Source: a virus
Taxonomy: Duplodnaviria; Caudoviricetes
Length of the DNA: 64,000 nucleotides
Strand: one strand, 5' to 3'
Virus record (IMG/VR): IMGVR_UViG_2974629863_000001
Location: 1-64,000 of that record
A program made the translations under genes and the position numbers. The notes under the pieces are model-generated. The model did no database searches and was not told where the DNA came from. It worked only from the letters and a program-made list of their open reading frames with translations. Shown here in pieces: positions 38,617-50,000 of this stretch. The first letter of the stretch is position 1; every line of letters begins with the position of its first letter.

Positions 38617-39924
38617 ATGAAAGATTTCCAAAAGCTTTTATGGAGCCGTAACGGTAGCCAAGTTGATATTAGTTTAAATCTACAAAAGATAGATGCAACT
38701 AATAGGGTTATCGTAGGCTTTGCCACTTTGGATAATGTTGACTTTGCCGATGACATTGTTCCCCTAGATGCTGCGCTTAAGGCGTTCGAATCATTTAGGG
38801 GCAATGTCAGATTCCAACACGATGCTAAAAAGCCTGTAGGCCGAGTTATCGATTTTGCACCATCGTCTTTTTATGATGAGAAGACAAAAGAAACACACCA
38901 GGGCATTCAAGTCGCTGTGCGTATTTCCGATGGGGCAGAAGACGTTTGGAAGATGTGCCTTGATGAGACTCTTTCGGGTTTTAGTATTGGTGGGTCTGTT
39001 AAAAAGGCCAAAAAGGTTTGGTCCACTGAACTTAAGAAGAATATTCAGGTAATCGAAGAATTCATGCTTACAGAGCTATCAGTTGTTGATAGTCCTATGA
39101 ACGGATTAGCTAATATTATTGCAATTCATAAATCCTTAGACTATGGTACTATAGAAAAAGATTATGACAGCTTTAATCTATTCTGGTGTGGGTTCGATAG
39201 AATCGCTTCACAAGCACATGGACAAGAATCAAATTGTCCTCAGTGTGGAGAGGCAATGGCTAATATGGGACATACCGAGAAGAACGCTGACATTGCAAAA
39301 CAACTTGAAAAAGTTTTTTCAAATGAAACGGAGGGAGGTCAACCCAATATGGATAAATCAACAGAAGATATTACAGTAGAAAAGAACATTGACGGAGAAG
39401 ACGAAGTAGCATCAGTAGATGAAGTTGCTGTCGAGGAAGTCGAACCAGAAGTAACCGAAGATGAGGTTGTTGAAGAAGACGCAGAGGACGAAACGGAAGA
39501 CGAGACCGATAAGGTCGAAGATGAAGTAGAAGCTGAAGTTGTCGCTGAAGAGCCGGAAGTTGAGAAATCAGCGGATGCAACAGCAGAACTAGCAGAACTA
39601 GTTAAGGCATTACAAAATACTCTGTCAGAGAAGAACGACGGGATCGCTAAGAGTCATGATGAACTCAAAGAAGAATTCGCACGTATCTCCGATGAGATGA
39701 CTAAGAAGCTAGAAGGTATCTCAGAGAACTACGGAACTCTAGAAAAGAGTTTAGAGGATCTTAAGTCTGAGCTAAAGAAAACTGAAGATGGTCTTGGTGA
39801 TGTTACCAAGCGACTAGATAGCGTAGTGGAGTCTACGGCATTCAAAAAGTCACTTGATAGCTCCAACAGATCAGAGCCAAAAGAAGACGGCTCAGCACTA
39901 TTTCACAAAGTCTTCACGCTTTAA
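38617..39924 (+). CDS. HK97-type prohead protease fused to a zinc ribbon and scaffold-like tail
   Basis: VRFQH, GFSIGG, ELSVVDSP; CxxD..CPQC; acidic linker and coiled coil. Confidence 0.85.
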   Translation: MKDFQKLLWSRNGSQVDISLNLQKIDATNRVIVGFATLDNVDFADDIVPLDAALKAFESFRGNVRFQHDAKKPVGRVIDFAPSSFYDEKTKETHQGIQVAVRISDGAEDVWKMCLDETLSGFSIGGSVKKAKKVWSTELKKNIQVIEEFMLTELSVVDSPMNGLANIIAIHKSLDYGTIEKDYDSFNLFWCGFDRIASQAHGQESNCPQCGEAMANMGHTEKNADIAKQLEKVFSNETEGGQPNMDKSTEDITVEKNIDGEDEVASVDEVAVEEVEPEVTEDEVVEEDAEDETEDETDKVEDEVEAEVVAEEPEVEKSADATAELAELVKALQNTLSEKNDGIAKSHDELKEEFARISDEMTKKLEGISENYGTLEKSLEDLKSELKKTEDGLGDVTKRLDSVVESTAFKKSLDSSNRSEPKEDGSALFHKVFTL

Positions 39925-39957
39925 AAATAAAACTATTAACGAAAGGAGCAATACAAT

Positions 39958-40977
39958 ATGAGTGATTCCACTATTCAAAAAGTGATCGAAACCTCAACCG
40001 TTGGTGATACACCAGGCGACGGGTTTCTTAAAATCGAGCAGGCTAATGTTTTCATTGACCACATGTTCGATGCTTCTGTCCTCTGGCATGAGGCAGAAAA
40101 GCGTAAGATGAATGCATCTTATGCGGAATGGCCTAGCATGAAGGTTGGCGCTAGACTAGTTCGTAAGGCAACGGAGGGCTATGATACAGGTATCAACGCA
40201 AGTGCTGCGTTCACCAAGGTTTCAATTAGCACCACAAAGCTCCGTCTAGACTGGGAACTAACAACCGAGTCTCTAGAAGATAACATCGAGGGCGTAGATC
40301 TTGATACGCACCTACTTCGTCTATTCTCAAACGCTCTAACGAACGATATTGAAGATATTACGATTAACGGTGACCTCGCATCTTCAGACGACTGCCTAAA
40401 GGCATTCGATGGTTGGCACAAGAAGGCTCTTGCAGGTGGACACGTCCGCTCTGCTAATGATCTAACTACACCGCCAGCACAGCTAGGTAGAGAGCACTTC
40501 AACCAGGCTATCAAGGCTATTCCACGTAAGTACCAGATGCGTAAGGGCGACCTACGTTTCTACGGTTCTACTAATCTAATTCAGGATTACCTATACAGCC
40601 AGTCTGAAATGGGCATCGTTCCTAATGAGATTATCGCAAGTGAAGGAAACCTACGCAAGTACCCAGTTCCATCCGGTCCTGCAGGTTATAATTCACGTAT
40701 CGCACCATTCGGTGTGCCTCTAATCGAGGTTCCGATGTTCGATACTGGTTTCAATGAGCTTAACGCTTCTACAGGTTCAGGCACCAATGACACCACTTCT
40801 TACCTAGAACTAACTTACGCTAAGAACCGCATCGTTGGTATCCAGCGTGATATTCAGGTTTACCGTGAATTCATCAACAAGAAGGACTCAGTTGAGTACA
40901 CAGTCTTCGTCCGCGTCGGCTGCGCTTGGCAGGATCTTGACGCTGTTGTTACAGTCACAGACATTCCTGTTGTCTAA
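39958..40977 (+). CDS. major capsid protein
   Basis: LRLDWELTTESLEDNIEG, INGD; strong SD; followed by a terminator. Confidence 0.88.
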   Translation: MSDSTIQKVIETSTVGDTPGDGFLKIEQANVFIDHMFDASVLWHEAEKRKMNASYAEWPSMKVGARLVRKATEGYDTGINASAAFTKVSISTTKLRLDWELTTESLEDNIEGVDLDTHLLRLFSNALTNDIEDITINGDLASSDDCLKAFDGWHKKALAGGHVRSANDLTTPPAQLGREHFNQAIKAIPRKYQMRKGDLRFYGSTNLIQDYLYSQSEMGIVPNEIIASEGNLRKYPVPSGPAGYNSRIAPFGVPLIEVPMFDTGFNELNASTGSGTNDTTSYLELTYAKNRIVGIQRDIQVYREFINKKDSVEYTVFVRVGCAWQDLDAVVTVTDIPVV

Positions 40978-40991
40978 GTAGAATTAAGATT

Positions 40992-41020
40992 AAGACCCTC
41001 ACTTCGGTGGGGGTCTTTTT
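40992..41020 (+). terminator. intrinsic terminator
   Basis: AAGACCCTCAC-TTCG-GTGGGGGTCTTTTT. Confidence 0.9.
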
Positions 41021-41043
41021 CGTTTATATGGTAAAATGATGAA

Positions 41044-41427
41044 ATGGAAACATTCAAGCCATTAACATCTAGAAACAAAGAAGAACTTATCGCATTACAC
41101 GGAGAGCTTAATCTTCAGTTGCCGGATGATCCGAAGCCAACAAATGCGGACTTAATAACTAACCTAAAAAACAAGGGAGTAACAAATCAAAAACTTAAGG
41201 CTTTAAATAAGAAGCGAGAATCAGAGAATTCTCCGAAATCAATAGTAAATAGTCAAGTGGTGGTCGCAATGGACCGAGCAAATGCAAGCTTCACATTTGG
41301 TAAGCACACCTTTTCCAGGCACAGAAAATATGTACCGATGCCGGAAGTAGAGGCTAATGAACTGATTTCACGATACGATGGATTTAGAAAAGCATCGAGA
41401 GAAGAGGTTGAAAATTACTACAAATGA
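41044..41427 (+). CDS. hypothetical head-associated protein
   Basis: Position after capsid; helical N-terminus. Confidence 0.65.
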   Translation: METFKPLTSRNKEELIALHGELNLQLPDDPKPTNADLITNLKNKGVTNQKLKALNKKRESENSPKSIVNSQVVVAMDRANASFTFGKHTFSRHRKYVPMPEVEANELISRYDGFRKASREEVENYYK

Positions 41428-42350
41428 AAGAATTATACAGTAACGACACAAACGTAATTGACATCTATACATCTGCAAGAGGTAAGCCGGTAGAACCACT
41501 AGCCTTACCAACTGCAAAGCTGTATGTGTCTGCTACGAAACAGTTTCCACTAACGGGGACTATTTTAGCGGTCGTTCAGAAGAAGGATGAAGAAGACGCA
41601 CCAATAGTAGGTCAATATGAGACTATTGTTCCTCAACAGGCAGTAGCTCAGCGTAGATATGCACGAGTAGTCATTTCCTATGAACTGCCGGATCATGGAG
41701 TGATAGAACAAGAGACTATCTATGAACCAACACGTAGACTAATGGCATTTGAAGAGCTAAACGATATCCTAGGAGCAGATGCTCATGGGGAGTCACATGC
41801 ACTTAACTACAAAGAGTATGACTTGCTAGAAACGATTACTAGAAAGATCATTGAGTCATATATTGATCAGAAGTTTACGCTATGGCTAGGAACGCGGGAG
41901 GTTTACGCGGGTGAGACGTATGTAGGACTACCTCAGCATATGGAATATCTTCTGAGTGTAACAAGGGACGATCAATTTGTTCCTACAGAAGCTCTAGCAG
42001 GATCTAGCTACAAGTTGGCAGAATCAGGATTATCGATTTCAAACAAGTCATCAATTCCTGTTCCTAACTTCTTGAATCAGAGAACAAAGATCAATGTTAC
42101 TCACTACATTAATGGTCTATGGGGCTACAAGTCGATTCCATCTGAAGTAACTCAGGCATTCCTAGAAGTATTTCACATCGTAAATACTGACACGATCGAT
42201 GATCGTAGAAACTATCTTTCTACATCTACAAATGATGGTGGCAATCTTATGAGACGATTTAACTGGATGAGTTACACAGATAGTACAGGTAACCCGATAG
42301 CAGATGAGCTTCTAAATCCGTTTAGAATCTACAATGTGAACGTAGTATAA
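41424..42350 (+). CDS. head-to-tail adaptor
   Basis: IIESYIDQKF, GLWGYKSIPSEV, TGNPIADELL. Confidence 0.7.
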   Translation: MKELYSNDTNVIDIYTSARGKPVEPLALPTAKLYVSATKQFPLTGTILAVVQKKDEEDAPIVGQYETIVPQQAVAQRRYARVVISYELPDHGVIEQETIYEPTRRLMAFEELNDILGADAHGESHALNYKEYDLLETITRKIIESYIDQKFTLWLGTREVYAGETYVGLPQHMEYLLSVTRDDQFVPTEALAGSSYKLAESGLSISNKSSIPVPNFLNQRTKINVTHYINGLWGYKSIPSEVTQAFLEVFHIVNTDTIDDRRNYLSTSTNDGGNLMRRFNWMSYTDSTGNPIADELLNPFRIYNVNVV

Positions 42351-42372
42351 TTTATATGCTATAATAACCATT

Positions 42373-42786
42373 ATGGTATTAATGAATGACAATGTTCCGG
42401 TTGGTCGTTTGCGTGAAGCACGTAAGCTGATTAAGGAAGCATTGGAAGATTCGGGCATTAAAGCTGTTGATTATAATGAATCGAATATAATTCCTCCGGT
42501 AGCCATAATCGTTCCGAATGAAGAATATATTTTGCAACCGGGCAAAACACAAAAGCTAAATGAAGAGATGAACGTAGGTCTGTCAATTCTTTTAGTTGCT
42601 AGCCGTGGACTAGAGCCTAAGAACGGTGATGAATTAGATGATTTGATTCAGACTGCCTATGTCATTCTAGGTAAGTTCTTGGATATAGATACAGCATCTG
42701 GCCCTGGTCAGGTGAGCATTAAGAACAATAAGTACTTAGGTTCTGTAATGCAAGTGCAGTACCAAATAAAATTAGGAGGAGAATAA
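42373..42786 (+). CDS. tail terminator-like protein
   Basis: Size, PPVAII motif and position before the tail tube gene. Confidence 0.6.
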   Translation: MVLMNDNVPVGRLREARKLIKEALEDSGIKAVDYNESNIIPPVAIIVPNEEYILQPGKTQKLNEEMNVGLSILLVASRGLEPKNGDELDDLIQTAYVILGKFLDIDTASGPGQVSIKNNKYLGSVMQVQYQIKLGGE

Positions 42787-42791
42787 ACAAA

Positions 42792-43208
42792 ATGGCTTTA
42801 ACAAATGGAAAACTTAAGAGTATTTTCGCGCTCAAGGTGGGTGCAGTTGACTACACCGGCGACGTTACTCAGTTCGAAGTTACTTCAGACGAAGCTGATC
42901 AGGATGCTATGACTTTCGCAGAATACAACGCGGGTACAAACCGTGCTTGGACTCTAACAGTTACAGCAGCTTGGGATGGTGGTTCACAGGGTTCGCTTCA
43001 CGCTTACCTATGGGATAATGCCGGAACTACAGCAGACTTTGATATTCAGCCTGTTGGTGGAGTAGTTTCCGCCACCAAGCCAAAGTATACAGGTCAAGTT
43101 CGTCTACCCCAGCGCCCAGACATCAACGTCGAAGCTGGTAACGAATCAACATTCGAGTACGAGTTCGAAATCATTGGCGAACCTAATAAGGTTACGTCCG
43201 CGACCTAA
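42792..43208 (+). CDS. major tail (tube) protein
   Basis: Strong AGGAGG SD; canonical position before chaperone and tape measure. Confidence 0.8.
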   Translation: MALTNGKLKSIFALKVGAVDYTGDVTQFEVTSDEADQDAMTFAEYNAGTNRAWTLTVTAAWDGGSQGSLHAYLWDNAGTTADFDIQPVGGVVSATKPKYTGQVRLPQRPDINVEAGNESTFEYEFEIIGEPNKVTSAT

Positions 43209-43224
43209 GATTGGTCGATCTTAA

Positions 43225-43629
43225 ATGATTAAGGTTCGAATAAAGGTAGATAAGGCCGACCTCATCTCAAGACTAGAGAAATTTAGCGCAGAGATGAAGG
43301 TCGGTCTTTTACCAGCTTGGCAGAGAATTGGGCGCAGACTGCATCAAGCTGAAATAAGCATGGCACCAGTTGATACGGGTAACCTTAGAAACAGTATCGA
43401 AACAACAGCATATGTAATGGGCGTTAAATCCAAATCAGATGCTATAGATCCACGCAATGGCTACAATTATGCTAGAATACAACATGATGGTGGTTATGCA
43501 GAAGGTTGGGCTGGACCCCACATTATTGCCGGAAAGTTCTACATGGATATTCCTTTATTAAGGACAGACGCCGGTGAAGAGTTAGAATATGAGATAGACA
43601 AGATTATCGCAAGATGCGGTTTAAACTAA
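43225..43629 (+). CDS. HK97 gp10-like tail completion protein
   Basis: APVDTGNLRNSI ... YARIQHDG. Confidence 0.75.
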   Translation: MIKVRIKVDKADLISRLEKFSAEMKVGLLPAWQRIGRRLHQAEISMAPVDTGNLRNSIETTAYVMGVKSKSDAIDPRNGYNYARIQHDGGYAEGWAGPHIIAGKFYMDIPLLRTDAGEELEYEIDKIIARCGLN

Positions 43630-43647
43630 TAGGAGATTAAAGAAAAC

Positions 43648-43932
43648 ATGGCAGTAAAGAAGACAAAAGACGATGAAGATTTCACTTACGCAGAGCTAGT
43701 CGAGTATGAAGATCTTGCAGGCGAACCACTAGATGCACTTAATGATTCTGAGCGTCCTCGCCTAAAGAAGATTGCTTACCTAGGTTGGATTCGCGCAAAG
43801 CGTTCAAATCCGGGTGTTAAGTTCCAGGAGTACATCAATGAAACTCCTGCAGAGAAAATCATGAAGGATGCTTTCGGAGAGCAGACTGAAGAAAAAAAAG
43901 AGAGTACGAACTCCGACAAAACCGAGCAGTAA
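43648..43932 (+). CDS. tail assembly chaperone (short form)
   Basis: Position; slippery GAAAAAAAAG at 43891-43900. Confidence 0.8.
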   Translation: MAVKKTKDDEDFTYAELVEYEDLAGEPLDALNDSERPRLKKIAYLGWIRAKRSNPGVKFQEYINETPAEKIMKDAFGEQTEEKKESTNSDKTEQ

Positions 43933-44057
43933 GAAAAGCTAGGTTCTGTATATTTACAGGAGTTCAACCCTCAGAGTATGAAAAGATGACTCTAAGGGAA
44001 CAATCTGCTTTCGTTGAGGCAGCAGAAGAAAAATATAAACCAAAAAAAGGTAAGTAA
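43648..44057 (+). CDS. tail assembly chaperone, -1 frameshift long form
   Basis: -1 frame reads REYELRQNRAVRKARFCIFTGVQPSEYEKMTLREQSAF to TAA 44057. Confidence 0.75.
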
Positions 44058-44076
44058 AGAAGGGGTTGTTTTTTAA

Positions 44077-47000
44077 GTGTCGAATACAGTAAAAGTCGAA
44101 ATCCAGGGATCGGAGAGTGTATCTGATGCCGTGGATAAGGCTATTGCTAAACTTCAGCAGCTTAAAGACAGAAACATTGACATCAATGTTGATACCGACA
44201 AAGCTGAACGTAAGATTGACGATCTAGAAAAGAAGATCAAAGCTCTTCGTGATGGTAATGTCGATATTGACATTGATGTTGATACTTCTAAGGCAGATAC
44301 TAAGATTGATAAGCTACAGGCTAAGCTTGTAGCTCTATCAGACGGTACAGCTAAAGTTGATGTCGATACAAAGGCAGCACGAGATAAGCTTACATATCTA
44401 AATGCACGTATTTCAGCGTTAAGCGAGAATACTCCAAGTATTGATGTTGATACTACCAAGGCACGTGCAAAGCTAACGTACCTACATGGTAGATTAAAAG
44501 CACTAGGTGATGAAAAGGTCAGCATTGATGTTGACACAGAGAAGGCCCGCGATAAGATTAGGTATCTTCACAATCGTATGGCCGAACTTGGCGATAAGAG
44601 AATCGGTGTTGATATTGACACTGAAAAAGCTCGTGACAAGATCCGTTACCTAAAGAATAGCTTCAAAGAACTAACAGATGCTAATGTAGCCATTGATGTA
44701 GATAACTCAATGGCACTAGCCAAGATTGCTGCAGTTCAAACAGCTCTAGATTCACTCACTGATCGTACAATCAACATTGACGTTAATGATGAGGCAGTCG
44801 GGCGGGCGGTAAGGAATTCAAGAGGTAGAAACACTACTAGAACTGACTCTGAGTTCGTAACAAGAGAACTGCAAAGAGCTAGGGACAATGGTCTAGATGT
44901 AGACGTAAATGCAAACTTCGATGATTACGATCAAGAAGTAAAGAAGCGTCAGAAGACAACAATCAAGTATGAAGTAGATACTACTTCACTTCGAGACGTA
45001 TTCGACTCAGACAAGTACAAGATAGGAACCGTCTACAAGAAGGACGGAGAAATCATTGAACTTGAAGCTAATGTTGATCTTGATGATATCAAAAATCTAG
45101 ATGCTGAAGTAAATAGACTAAATAACAAGAGAATCAAGTTCAATGTAGAAACTACATTCGATGAAGACGGAGAAGCCCTAGAGCGTTGGGTTGCCGTTGG
45201 TCGCCACAGAATGCGCATCGCTGTAGATACTGAAATTGATGATGATCACGTTCTGGCATTGGCTCGCGGCATTCAGGAGCGTCAATTCGTTGTGCATGGT
45301 CAAATTGACGAAAGAGTCTCTGAATTCATGCGTAGACTTGATAACAATCCAAATAAGCGTATTAGATACACTATCGAAACAAGAGATTTCGATGGTCAGC
45401 TTATGCATGTTCTTAGAGAAGATAACAAAGTCATCAAGATCATTCCGAACACGGATGCATTCGAGCGTGACCTTGCGGATATTGAAAAGAACAGAACCAT
45501 TCGATATGACATTGAAAGAAATGATATCGATGGTGAAATTAGAGACTTCTTAAATATTGGTGATAGAACAATTGACGTTGATGTTGACGTTCACGATGCA
45601 GAAGCGGTAGCTAAATTAGCACTTCTAACTCGTCGTAGAACAGCAGATGTTGACGTTGATGTTGATCGCAATGGGAGATTAAGTAACTCACTAAGAAACA
45701 TTAATACTGGTTTCGGAACGATGGGTAGACTTGCTGGACGAGTAACTAGTGCCTTCGCAGGTATGACCACTCGTATTCCTGTTCTTGGTGGTTTATTCAA
45801 GTCACTCAATATGGCTAATAGCGGTCTTGGTGATATGGCTGCAAATGGTGGAAAGATTGCTGGCATTGCTGGTCCTATTGGACAGGCTGCAATTGCCGTT
45901 GGTGCAGCAGCTCTATCTATGCAGATCTTCTCAGCTGTAGGTGTCGCTGGTACTACAGCTCTAACAGGTGGTCTATATCTAACTATGGCTGCAATGGGTG
46001 CTGTGTCAGGTGTAGCTTCAGCATTAGCAGGTGTTGTCGGTGGTGGTCTCGCAGCAGGATTTATTTACTTTGCTTCTAAGGCTCCAGAGGTTAGCGCAGC
46101 GTTCGATGATCTTGGAAATCACGTTACTTCAGTAATGGAAGATATTTCTTCTGTCGTTGCACCTTCGCTTACTAGAGCTGCCGGAATGATGTCATCTTCA
46201 TTCGATATGATGCGTCCAAGCTTAGAGCGAATGGCTACAGGAACTTCTAAGCTTGTTGATAATCTATCAGGCAAATTACCCGCAGTTGCTCAGGCTCTTG
46301 GCCCTGCCCTAGAACAGGCATTTAGAGCAGGCTCAAAGCATCTAAGTGTCATTGGAGACGCACTACCAGGCATCATTACTGGTTTCGGTAACTTCATGGA
46401 TAAGCTTGGTTCAGTAGAAGTTGTTAAGGCAGCTACTAGCGTATGGAATGCACTTCCAGGAATTATTGAAGGAACCGGAACAGCAATTGAAAAAGTCGCT
46501 GCCGGTTACAATAACCTACGTGAGTTCTTTAGCTCTTCAGATCTAGCTCCACTAAAAGAAGGATGGGCAGCTCTTAAGGATACTATTGGTAATATCAACT
46601 GGACTCCATTAATTAATGGCACCAAGGATGCTATGAATGCTCTTGGTGGCTTCATGGAATCTATCGATGGTGAAAATGTCGAACAGATGTTTACCGGCAT
46701 TGTCAATGGTGTCGAAGGTCTTACTTCCGCTGCAGAAAAACTTAATCTAGACGGATTCCTTGCAGGACTGTCACAGGTGTTCGGTGCATTCGGTAAGATT
46801 ACAGACGGTATGGCGTCAATTGCCAAACCAGCACTTGACGGGCTAAATTGGATCGGTGACAAGGTTGCAGGTCTATTTGGTGCGGACCCAATTAAGATTC
46901 CTACCGATGTTGATCTAACAAAGGCACAGGGAAAGATTAATGAAATTAAGAATATGGACATTGCGCCTATTCTTATTAAACTTAAGATTGAAGAGCTAAA

Positions 47001-50000
47001 CGAAGCGGACAATCCAACTCGTAAGCCAATGAACTTCCCAGTTGTTCCAGAAGTAAAGCCGGGTTCATTTAGTTCACTACTAGATTCTCTAAAGCAGGAT
47101 ACTATTCCTGTTAATGTAGATCCGAAAATGAATGATATTTCAAATCTACAGTCAAGTCTAACTGGTCTAAATCTAACTTCAGATGTCATCCCTAAGCTTA
47201 AGAATGCTACGAGTCTTCAGCAGGTTGCAGACGCAATTCGCCTAGAGATTCCAATGAATCCTAAGCTTCAGAATAATGCCGATGTTCAGTCTCTACTAGA
47301 TTCCATCGATGCAATTCTCAAGGTTAAGCCAGATTTCGAGGGAGGAATCGGTGAGCTACAAGCATTACTAATGGCTCAGGATCTAGTAGCAAAGGCAAGA
47401 GCAGAACTAGAAAACCCAGAAAGCATCGCAGATGCACTAGCTACCCTAGACAATATCCTCAAGGTTACCCCTGAGCTTTCTGAAGTTGGTTCGATTCAGG
47501 AACTTCTTACAGGTATTAAGACATTCCTTAATGTCACTCCTCAAATGAGAGATACTGGTGCGCTTCAGTCTGCTATTGAAGGTATTACTACTACAATTAA
47601 GCCAGACATTAGTATTGATGAAGGCATTGGAAAGATCAAGGATGCTCTCAGTAAGATTAATCTAGAGGTTAATCCTGAACTGGCTGACTTTAAGGCAGAT
47701 CTAGAAGGACAACTTGCCGCACTAGAAGGAATTATGAAGGTTCGCCCTGAACTAAATGGCGATTCTTCTATTCAGTCGGCGCTTGCAGCTCTAAATTCAT
47801 GGGTTCGAGTAACTCCTAGACTTGATGATGCAGATTCTATTAGTAATCTAATCAGTATGCTAGAAGCTGTAATTAATGTTAATCCTGAACTTAATGCAGG
47901 TGGCGTTGGAGCTATTCTAGATATCCTTAGAGGAATGAATGCAGAGTTCCCAGTAACTCCGAACCTGCAACAGCCTCCTGTGATGCCAGGTCTAGATGTG
48001 ACTCTAAATCCAACAGTTCCGCAGAGTCCTATTGCTGTGCCTGGTGTTGTAGATCCCCTCAATCCTCCTAAGGGTGGACTTGGAGATGTATTCAGAATCC
48101 CCGGAACGGTTGATCCTCTAAATGTTCCTAAAACAACATCGCCGTTAGAGGTTCCAGGATCTATTACTCCTTTACAGCTACCTTCAGGTATTCCTGGATT
48201 TAATGTTCCTATTAAGGGAACTCTAGATGTAGATGGAATCGCTAGAAGTCTCGAGAATGTAACACCTTCAATCGGTGTTCTTCCTACGATTACTAATGGT
48301 TCTCAGATTCTAGATCAGCTAAATAGCATGAATGCTCAGATTGAAGCAGGAGTGACTATTAAGGATACTGGAAGCGTACTTGACACTCTAAATAATCTAG
48401 AGGCTACTGTCAAGGCTAATCCTGAAATGGGAAATGCCGATGCAATCATTGCGGCGATTGCAGCTATTAGAGCAATCTTGAAGCCAGACGTTGAACCTAA
48501 ATTCGATGGAATTATGGGCAAGGTCCCAGATCTACCAGCAATTGATCAGCCTGTTAAATTAAAGAAAGATCTTTCGGAAGCGCAGACCGCTCTACCTCCA
48601 ATCGTTCAAGAGGTTATTGTTCGACGCAAGGCAGAGCCAAGTGTTGCAGCTAATCTACAGACGATTGAAACAAAGACTGTAAGATTAATTCCAGATACTT
48701 CAGCTCTACAGGCAATCACGATTCCACCGATTACTGTTCAAGTAACCGTGGCGTCCAATGCTGCCGAAATTCAGGGTCTCATTTCTATGATTCCTCTAAG
48801 CATTACGACTCAGCATACAGTTCAGTCTAATGCAGCAGCAGTAGCCGGATCTATTCAGCAGATTCCTCTATCAATGAATACACAGCACACAGTGTCTTCA
48901 AACGTAGCGGATATTGATGCACAGGTTCGTTCTATTCCTGCAACAATGCTTACAGAGCACACTACAACTACAAATACACAAGCTACGATCGATCTAGTGA
49001 ACTCAATTCCAAAGAGTTCACAGACTGATCACACAGTCAACACAAACGTGGATTCAGCTCTATCACGCATCCGCTCACTAAGTGGACAGAACACATCATC
49101 AACACACACAGTTAATGTCGTTGTTAATGGTGGTGGCGGTCTACCAGGTGGAGCAAGTATTTCTGCATTCTCCGGTATGGCTGGAATTGGTGCTGCACCT
49201 ATGGGTATGATGGGCGCAGCTTCAGACGGTTCTTCACTATTCGGAGCAGCGGGAGCTACTGGCGGACTAAGCAATAACTTCAAGTTCTCACAGAAGACAG
49301 GGGGATCACTACTTAAGGTGGCTACCATTGTTAAGGGTGGAATTGTTAAGGCTTGGGAAGATGTTGGATCATCTGGCGGTAAGTCATTCATGGAAGGCCT
49401 ATCAGAATCACTAGATGCTATTTCTAAGATCATCAATGAGGTTGTCAATATCGGCAACAGCATTAAGGAACTTATGGAAGCTCTCAATCCAAAGCCGGAA
49501 GGTCTAGAGAACGCTGCAAAGGATATTGCAGATGCATCTAAGGATATTGATAAGAACCTATCCAATACTGCAGATTCAGTCAAGACGAACTCAGAAGCAA
49601 TTAACAAGGCTGTGCAGTTCAATCCAGACGTACAGGGTCTTCAGAATATTTGGGGTCAGGTTGGTCAGAAGATCGAGGGTGCATTCTCTAAGGGTATTGG
49701 TTCAGCTCAGAACACAATTGGTACTGCATTCTCTGAGATTCAGGCAACGCTATCTAAGCCTTTCCAGAACCTACCAGAAATCAATCTAGATCAGATTGTA
49801 AAGGGAGACTTCTCAAGTATCTTTGCTGGTATTGAACAGAAGAAGGCAGAATTTACACAGGCATTCGAGTCAGCTAAGCAAACAGCTCTTAACGCGGTGC
49901 CTGGACTTAACGATGCCTTTAATCAGGTTGGTAGAGATATCGGAGCAGCATTCGGTTGGGGTGTAGATGAATCTATCGCCAACATGAGAGCTAAGAACCC

